Shown here: positions 59,127 through 64,000 of the stretch, in pieces
Position numbering within the stretch: the stretch's first letter is position 1
How the letters are laid out: the number at the start of each line of letters is the position of its first letter
IMG/VR virus record: IMGVR_UViG_3300025646_006603
From: an uncultured virus (IMG/VR IMGVR_UViG_3300025646_006603)
Lineage: Duplodnaviria > Heunggongvirae > Uroviricota > Caudoviricetes
Direction: 5' to 3' (one strand)
Length of the DNA stretch: 64,000 nt
The notes under the pieces: generated by a model
The model's database searches: none
Told to the model about the DNA's origin: nothing
What the model saw: only the letters and a program-made list of their open reading frames with translations
Position numbers and translations under genes: made by a program

Positions 59127-60210
59127 TTTTCTTATAGTTGGTTCAGGATTTTTTGGTTCAATATGTGCTTATGAATTAAAAAAATTAGGATACTCAGTAT
59201 GCGTAATTGACTCAAGAAACCATATTGGTGGAAATTGTTATACTCAAAAAGAATCAAATATTAATGTTCACAAATACGGACCACATATATTTCATACTTC
59301 AGATGAAGAAGTGTGGAAATGGATTAATCAGTTTGTCGAATTTAATAACTTTACACTTAGACCTGTTGCAAATTACAAAGGGGAAATTTATTCATTACCT
59401 TTTAACATGTGGACATTCTCAAAAATGTGGGGAATAACACAACCTGAAGAAGCAAAAAAAATTATTGAAACACAATCATTAGAAATAACAGGTACACCAA
59501 AAAATTTAGAAGAACAAGCAATTAGATTAGTCGGTACTGACATATATCAAAAACTTATAAAGGGTTATACCGAAAAACAATGGAAGAAATCTTGTAAGGA
59601 ATTACCACCTGAAATAATTAAAAGATTACCTGTTAGATTTACATACGATAACAACTATTTTAATGACAAGTATCAGGGTATACCGATTGGTGGATATACT
59701 CAAATTTTTGAGAAACTTTTAAAAGATGTTGATGTATTGTTAGATACAGATTTTTTCGAAGATGAAATACCAAACTATAATAAATTAATATATACCGGAC
59801 CAATAGACCGTTTTTATGATTATAAATTTGGTGAGCTAGAGTATAAAACTACAGATTTTATACATCATACTCTTGATGGTATTTCTAATTTTCAGGGAAC
59901 TGCTATGATGAATTTTACATCTAAAGATGTTGAACATACTCGCATAATTGAACACAAACATTTTGAAGATACGGAATCATATAACACCGTTATTACTTAC
60001 GAGTACCCAAAGGATTATAAAGCCGGTAAAACCGAACCATTGTATCCTGTTAATGATAAAGAAAATAATGAAAAGTACCTAAAGTATAAATCTTTATCCG
60101 AAAATGAAGAAAATATTTACTTCGGTGGTAGATTAGGTGAATATAAGTATTATGATATGCATCAAGTTATAAAATCAGCATTAGATTTTATAAGAAAAAT
60201 AAATAACTAA
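59110..60210 (+). CDS. glf: UDP-galactopyranose mutase
   Basis: IVGSGFFG, HIGGNCY, HKYGPHIFHT, YTEKQW, RLPVR, YQGIP, GRLGEYKYYDMHQ. Confidence 0.95.
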   Translation: MSVNYDFLIVGSGFFGSICAYELKKLGYSVCVIDSRNHIGGNCYTQKESNINVHKYGPHIFHTSDEEVWKWINQFVEFNNFTLRPVANYKGEIYSLPFNMWTFSKMWGITQPEEAKKIIETQSLEITGTPKNLEEQAIRLVGTDIYQKLIKGYTEKQWKKSCKELPPEIIKRLPVRFTYDNNYFNDKYQGIPIGGYTQIFEKLLKDVDVLLDTDFFEDEIPNYNKLIYTGPIDRFYDYKFGELEYKTTDFIHHTLDGISNFQGTAMMNFTSKDVEHTRIIEHKHFEDTESYNTVITYEYPKDYKAGKTEPLYPVNDKENNEKYLKYKSLSENEENIYFGGRLGEYKYYDMHQVIKSALDFIRKINN

Positions 60211-60235
60211 AATAAATAACTAAAAAAAATAAAAA

Positions 60236-61132
60236 ATGAGATTAATAACAGGAAATGGATTGGTTGGTTCAGCGTTAGATGGGGACGTAAAAATCTCGTC
60301 ACACCACTTTGATTTAAGGGACACGGAAAGTGTTAAATCAATGTTTGAATTTTATAAACCTACAGAGGTTATACATACAGCCGCGAAAGTTGGAGGTTTG
60401 GGTTCAAATATGAAATATAAAGGAGAATATTTTTACGATAACATTATGATGAATACTAATGTTATTGAGCAAGCCAGACAAAATGGTGTTCAAAAATTAG
60501 TTGCCTTTTTATCTACTTGTGTTTTCCCTGATGATGTTGAATACCCCCTAACGGAAAAGAAAATTCATTTAGGTGAACCACACTTTTCAAACAACGCATA
60601 CGCATACGCTAAAAGAATGACGGATGTTCAAATTAGAGCTTATAGAGAACAATATGGTCTACAATACAAATCGGTAATCCCGACAAACATTTATGGACCT
60701 AATGACAATTTCTCATTAACACATGGTCACGTGATGCCGATGCTAATACACAAAATGTATTTAGCTCAGAAGAACAACACTCCTTTTGAGGTTTGGGGTT
60801 CGGGTAAACCATTAAGAGAGTTTATCTTCTCTAAAGATGTTGCACAGTTAACTGAATGGGTTATGAAGAATTATGATGAAGATGAACCTATTATTCTATC
60901 TACATCAGAAGAAATATCAATTAGAGATTTGGTTGATTTGCTTGTTCAGGAATTTAATTTTAAGGGTGAGGTTATTTTTGATTCATCTAAACCTGATGGA
61001 CAATTTAGAAAACCATCAGATAATAGTAAGATTAAAAATTATCTTCCTGAATTTAAATTTACACCAATAGAAGAAGGAATAAAAGAAACAGTAAAATGGT
61101 TTATTGAAAATTATGAAATTACAAGAAAATAA
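60236..61132 (+). CDS. fcl: GDP-L-fucose synthase
   Basis: TGNGLVGSA, AAKVGG, STCVFP, YAYAKR, PTNIYGPNDNF, WGSGKPLREF, KPDGQ.RK. Confidence 0.92.
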   Translation: MRLITGNGLVGSALDGDVKISSHHFDLRDTESVKSMFEFYKPTEVIHTAAKVGGLGSNMKYKGEYFYDNIMMNTNVIEQARQNGVQKLVAFLSTCVFPDDVEYPLTEKKIHLGEPHFSNNAYAYAKRMTDVQIRAYREQYGLQYKSVIPTNIYGPNDNFSLTHGHVMPMLIHKMYLAQKNNTPFEVWGSGKPLREFIFSKDVAQLTEWVMKNYDEDEPIILSTSEEISIRDLVDLLVQEFNFKGEVIFDSSKPDGQFRKPSDNSKIKNYLPEFKFTPIEEGIKETVKWFIENYEITRK

Positions 61133-62099
61133 AGTCGCATTAATTACAGGAATTAACGGACAAGACGGTTCGTATTTATCTGAATTTTTATTAGAAAAAG
61201 GTTATACCGTTTATGGTATATTAAAGAGAAATTCTGTTGCAGAAAACCAAACAGCAAGATTAGATAATGTATACGATAAAATTAAATTATTTTATGCGGA
61301 TATGACTGATTTATCGTCATTAATATCTGTTATACAAAAAATAATGCCAGATGAGATTTATAACTTAGCTGCACAATCACACGTAAGAATTTCATTTGAC
61401 CAACCAATATATACTGCAAATGTTACGGGTCTCGGTACTTTAAATTTACTTGAAGCTGTGAGGTTAATTAAACCAAACGCTAAGGTCTATCAAGCATCAT
61501 CTTCTGAGATGTTTGGTAACAGTATAGATGAAGATGGTTTCCAAAGAGAAACAACACCTTTAAATCCAGTATCACCTTATGGTTGTGCTAAGGTTTTTTC
61601 ATATAACATTTGTAGAAATTATCGTAACTCTTATGGAATGTTTATTTCAAATGGTATTCTATTTAATCACGAATCACCACGAAGAGGAACAAACTTTGTA
61701 ACAAATAAAGTTGCAAAAGAGGCAGTAAAAATTAAGTTAGGGTTATCTAATGAACTTAAGTTAGGTAACTTAGATGCGACTCGTGATTGGGGACACGCTA
61801 AAGATTATGTTGAGGCAATGTGGATGATTTTACAACAAGAAAATTCTGATGATTATGTATGTTCAACAGGTATTTCACACTCAGTTAGAGATTTATGTGA
61901 ATATACATTTTCAAAACTTGGACTTAATTATGAGGACTATGTAAAGATGGATGAAAAGTTTTTAAGACCTGAAGAGTTACATGATTTAAAAGGTGACTCA
62001 ACAAAATTAAGGTCACACACAGGATGGAACCCTGTTTACACTTTCGAATCTATGATGGATGAAATGATTGATTATTGGTTAAATTATTATACATTATAG
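61113..62099 (+). CDS. gmd: GDP-mannose 4,6-dehydratase
   Basis: ALITGINGQDGSYL, YNLAAQSHV, QASSSEMFG, SPYGCAK, FNHESPRRG, LGNLDATRDWG. Confidence 0.95.
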   Translation: MKLQENKVALITGINGQDGSYLSEFLLEKGYTVYGILKRNSVAENQTARLDNVYDKIKLFYADMTDLSSLISVIQKIMPDEIYNLAAQSHVRISFDQPIYTANVTGLGTLNLLEAVRLIKPNAKVYQASSSEMFGNSIDEDGFQRETTPLNPVSPYGCAKVFSYNICRNYRNSYGMFISNGILFNHESPRRGTNFVTNKVAKEAVKIKLGLSNELKLGNLDATRDWGHAKDYVEAMWMILQQENSDDYVCSTGISHSVRDLCEYTFSKLGLNYEDYVKMDEKFLRPEELHDLKGDSTKLRSHTGWNPVYTFESMMDEMIDYWLNYYTL

Positions 62100-62124
62100 T
62101 AAATAAATTAAATATTAAGGATAT

Positions 62125-62847
62125 ATGCCCGCAAGAAAGAATAGTAGTGAGATGAGTACCTCACAACAAAAAATGACAACAAAAGAATTCATAAACTCAT
62201 TAGTAAAAAAGACACCAAGAAAAAAGTTTTTAACGGAATCACAAAAACATTATTTTGAAACTTTAGAAACCAATGAAATAACAATTTGTACAGGACCTGC
62301 TGGTGTTGGTAAATCTTACATCGCCATGAACGCAGCGGTACAACTATTATTAGACCCTAACAATTCGTATGAAAAAATAATCATTGTTAGACCAGCGGTT
62401 GAGGCGGAAGAGAAATTGGGAGCATTACCCGGTAATGTTGAAGAAAAATTAGACCCATATATTTTCCCATCTTATTATCTTTTAAATAAAATTATTGGTA
62501 AGGACGCTAGAGAAAAATTAAAAAATTCAGATGTTATTGAGGTTTTTGCTTTGGCGTATATGAGAGGTATGAACATCGACAATTCAATTTTGATTTTTGA
62601 AGAAGCACAAAACTGTACACCAAAACAAATGAAATTGTTGTTAACTAGAATTGGTTTTAATTCTAAGTTTTTTATCTCAGGTGACTTAGAACAAACCGAT
62701 AGATATAAAGATAAAACACATTCAGGATTGTGGGATGCGATTGAAAGATTTAAAGGACTTAATAATATTGGTATATTTCAGTTTGAATCTAACGATATTA
62801 TTAGAAACCCATTGATTACAAAAATTTTAGATAGATACGAAGAATGA
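62125..62847 (+). CDS. phoH: PhoH-family ATPase
   Basis: GPAGVGKS, RPAVEA.E.LGALPG, LAYMRG, EEAQN, LTRIG, GDLEQ.D, DIIRNPLI. Confidence 0.92.
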   Translation: MPARKNSSEMSTSQQKMTTKEFINSLVKKTPRKKFLTESQKHYFETLETNEITICTGPAGVGKSYIAMNAAVQLLLDPNNSYEKIIIVRPAVEAEEKLGALPGNVEEKLDPYIFPSYYLLNKIIGKDAREKLKNSDVIEVFALAYMRGMNIDNSILIFEEAQNCTPKQMKLLLTRIGFNSKFFISGDLEQTDRYKDKTHSGLWDAIERFKGLNNIGIFQFESNDIIRNPLITKILDRYEE

Positions 62848-63455
62848 AAATCGCGGTAGACGTTAACGGGGTTTTAAGAGATACTTTTGGTAAAGCTGAA
62901 CAGGTTTATCAAAAATTCTTTATTGATGATTATGTTAAAGAAGAAAATGAGGAAGAGTTTGAGTATAAATTAAATTTACCCGTAACATCTTTAAATTTAT
63001 TGGACCATTTTGCATTTCCCAAAAATGAAGATTTATATGATTTTCTTTATGTTGATTTCCCTATGAATATTTTTGGACATGCAGCTTCATTAAGTTCAAA
63101 TACATTTAACATTCTTAATGAAATTTATGAGGATTTAAGAGATGAAAATGACCTTTATATTGTATCTGATGAAATTCAAAAATCAAAACCAGCAACTCTT
63201 TTCTTTTTGTCAAAATATGGTTGTTTGATTGAAAGATATGTTTTTTATTCTAAAATAACATTAGAAAATGTATTTTCAGAGTTTGATTTATTGATTACTG
63301 CAAATCCTGACTTATTATCATTAAATAGAGAAAATTTAATTGTTGTAAAATTTGAAACAACATATAATGAGAATATTAAATCAAATTACACAATTAAAAC
63401 ATTAGATGAGTTTAAAAATCTATATAATGAATTAAAATTAAAAAATAATGATTAA
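62844..63455 (+). CDS. HAD-superfamily 5'(3')-nucleotidase-like protein with variant motif I
   Basis: KIAVDVNGVLRD (DxD replaced by DxN), K.ATLFFL, TYNE. Confidence 0.55.
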   Translation: MKIAVDVNGVLRDTFGKAEQVYQKFFIDDYVKEENEEEFEYKLNLPVTSLNLLDHFAFPKNEDLYDFLYVDFPMNIFGHAASLSSNTFNILNEIYEDLRDENDLYIVSDEIQKSKPATLFFLSKYGCLIERYVFYSKITLENVFSEFDLLITANPDLLSLNRENLIVVKFETTYNENIKSNYTIKTLDEFKNLYNELKLKNND

Positions 63456-63723
63456 AGTATTAGGTGAAATATATTATCTTGATTTCGATGAGTTAGACAA
63501 ACAAATTGAGATTATAGATACTATTAAAAAAGAAGATGAGGAATCTACTCATAATGTCAATTTGGTTAAATTTGAGTTATTTAAAATAATGATTGAAGTT
63601 TTACTAACAGAAAAAGAAGATTATGATGAAAATCTTGGTAGTTACGGAGCTAAAGATTTAAGTATTCCTTTTCGTCTGGCTTTTAATACTTTATTAAAAC
63701 ACAAAATTTTAAAAAGTTTATAA
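63448..63723 (+). CDS. Hypothetical protein
   Basis: 91 aa; overlaps upstream gene end. Confidence 0.7.
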   Translation: MIKVLGEIYYLDFDELDKQIEIIDTIKKEDEESTHNVNLVKFELFKIMIEVLLTEKEDYDENLGSYGAKDLSIPFRLAFNTLLKHKILKSL

Positions 63724-63724
63724 A

Positions 63725-64000
63725 ATGGAATTAGAAAAAATTAAAAAAATCGAAGATTCAATCAGTAGGTTATCTAATCGAAATGCTAAAATATATTTTT
63801 TAGTACAAGATACTAAGGGTAACGCCAAAGGTTCTATTAGATACATTTACCAAATGGCAATGACACTAAAAGAAAATAATTTTAATCCTATTATTATTCA
63901 TGAAGCCAAGGATTATAAAGGCGTTGGAGAATGGTTAGGTGAAGAGTATATGGAATTACCTCACCAATCTATTGAAGGTCAGAATTTAGAAATCTCACCA
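63725..64000 (+). CDS. Partial CDS, probable GT-B glycosyltransferase N-terminus (runs off window)
   Basis: Manual translation MELEKIKK...IYFLVQDTKGNAKGSIRYIYQMAMTLKENNFNPIIIHE...EISP, open to edge. Confidence 0.55.
   Translation, partial: MELEKIKKIEDSISRLSNRNAKIYFLVQDTKGNAKGSIRYIYQMAMTLKENNFNPIIIHEAKDYKGVGEWLGEEYMELPHQSIEGQNLEISP

Noticed and set aside
330..61070. Many short antisense or nested ORFs in the track (e.g. 330..578, 1474..1719, 7432..7737, 9520..9843, 23107..23469, 40660..40962, 57113..57439)
   Set aside because: They lie within long, motif-bearing genes on the other strand or frame and have no recognisable motifs; treated as shadow ORFs
1..64000. Stop-codon reassignment (TAG/TGA recoding seen in some large phages)
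   Set aside because: Genes are full length and tightly packed under code 11; the gmd TAG is followed directly by TAA; no fragmentation pattern
1..64000. CRISPR array, tRNA, rRNA, IS or integrase
   Set aside because: Intergenic gaps are short; no repeat-spacer pattern, cloverleaf or transposase motif seen by eye

Overview
A densely coding, AT-rich 64-kb segment of a large T4-like (myovirus, probably jumbo) bacteriophage genome in the standard genetic code. Several features suggest a Bacteroidota host (inference). About 1-35 kb (minus strand) holds contractile-tail genes: baseplate wedge gp6- and gp25-like, large hub proteins, tape measure, tail chaperone, tube, sheath and tail terminator/neck. 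These are interrupted by a replication block (ribonucleotide reductase, DnaB-like helicase, 5'-3' exonuclease, RecA/UvsX, gp32-like SSB). 35-48 kb holds an SNF2 helicase, a superoxide dismutase fusion, a gp13-like neck protein, a family B DNA polymerase, accessory structural proteins and a WYL protein. 48-64 kb is a roughly 15-kb glycan synthesis and modification island (GT-B, GT2, GT10, GT11, GT25, FkbM methyltransferase, sulfotransferase, Glf, Fcl, Gmd) with dUTPase, HAD phosphatases and PhoH. The most notable observations are: a class Id-type RNR with its ATP-cone on the beta subunit; an SOD fused to a PD-(D/E)XK-like domain; a near-complete pathway for a sulfated, methylated fucosyl glycan with a mucin-like candidate acceptor; a probable +1/-2 frameshift in the tail chaperone; a recurring TATTTAT upstream motif; and an OmpA-like insertion in a baseplate protein. 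I saw no tRNA, CRISPR array, intein or mobile element. All product calls come from motif recognition by eye, not database searches.
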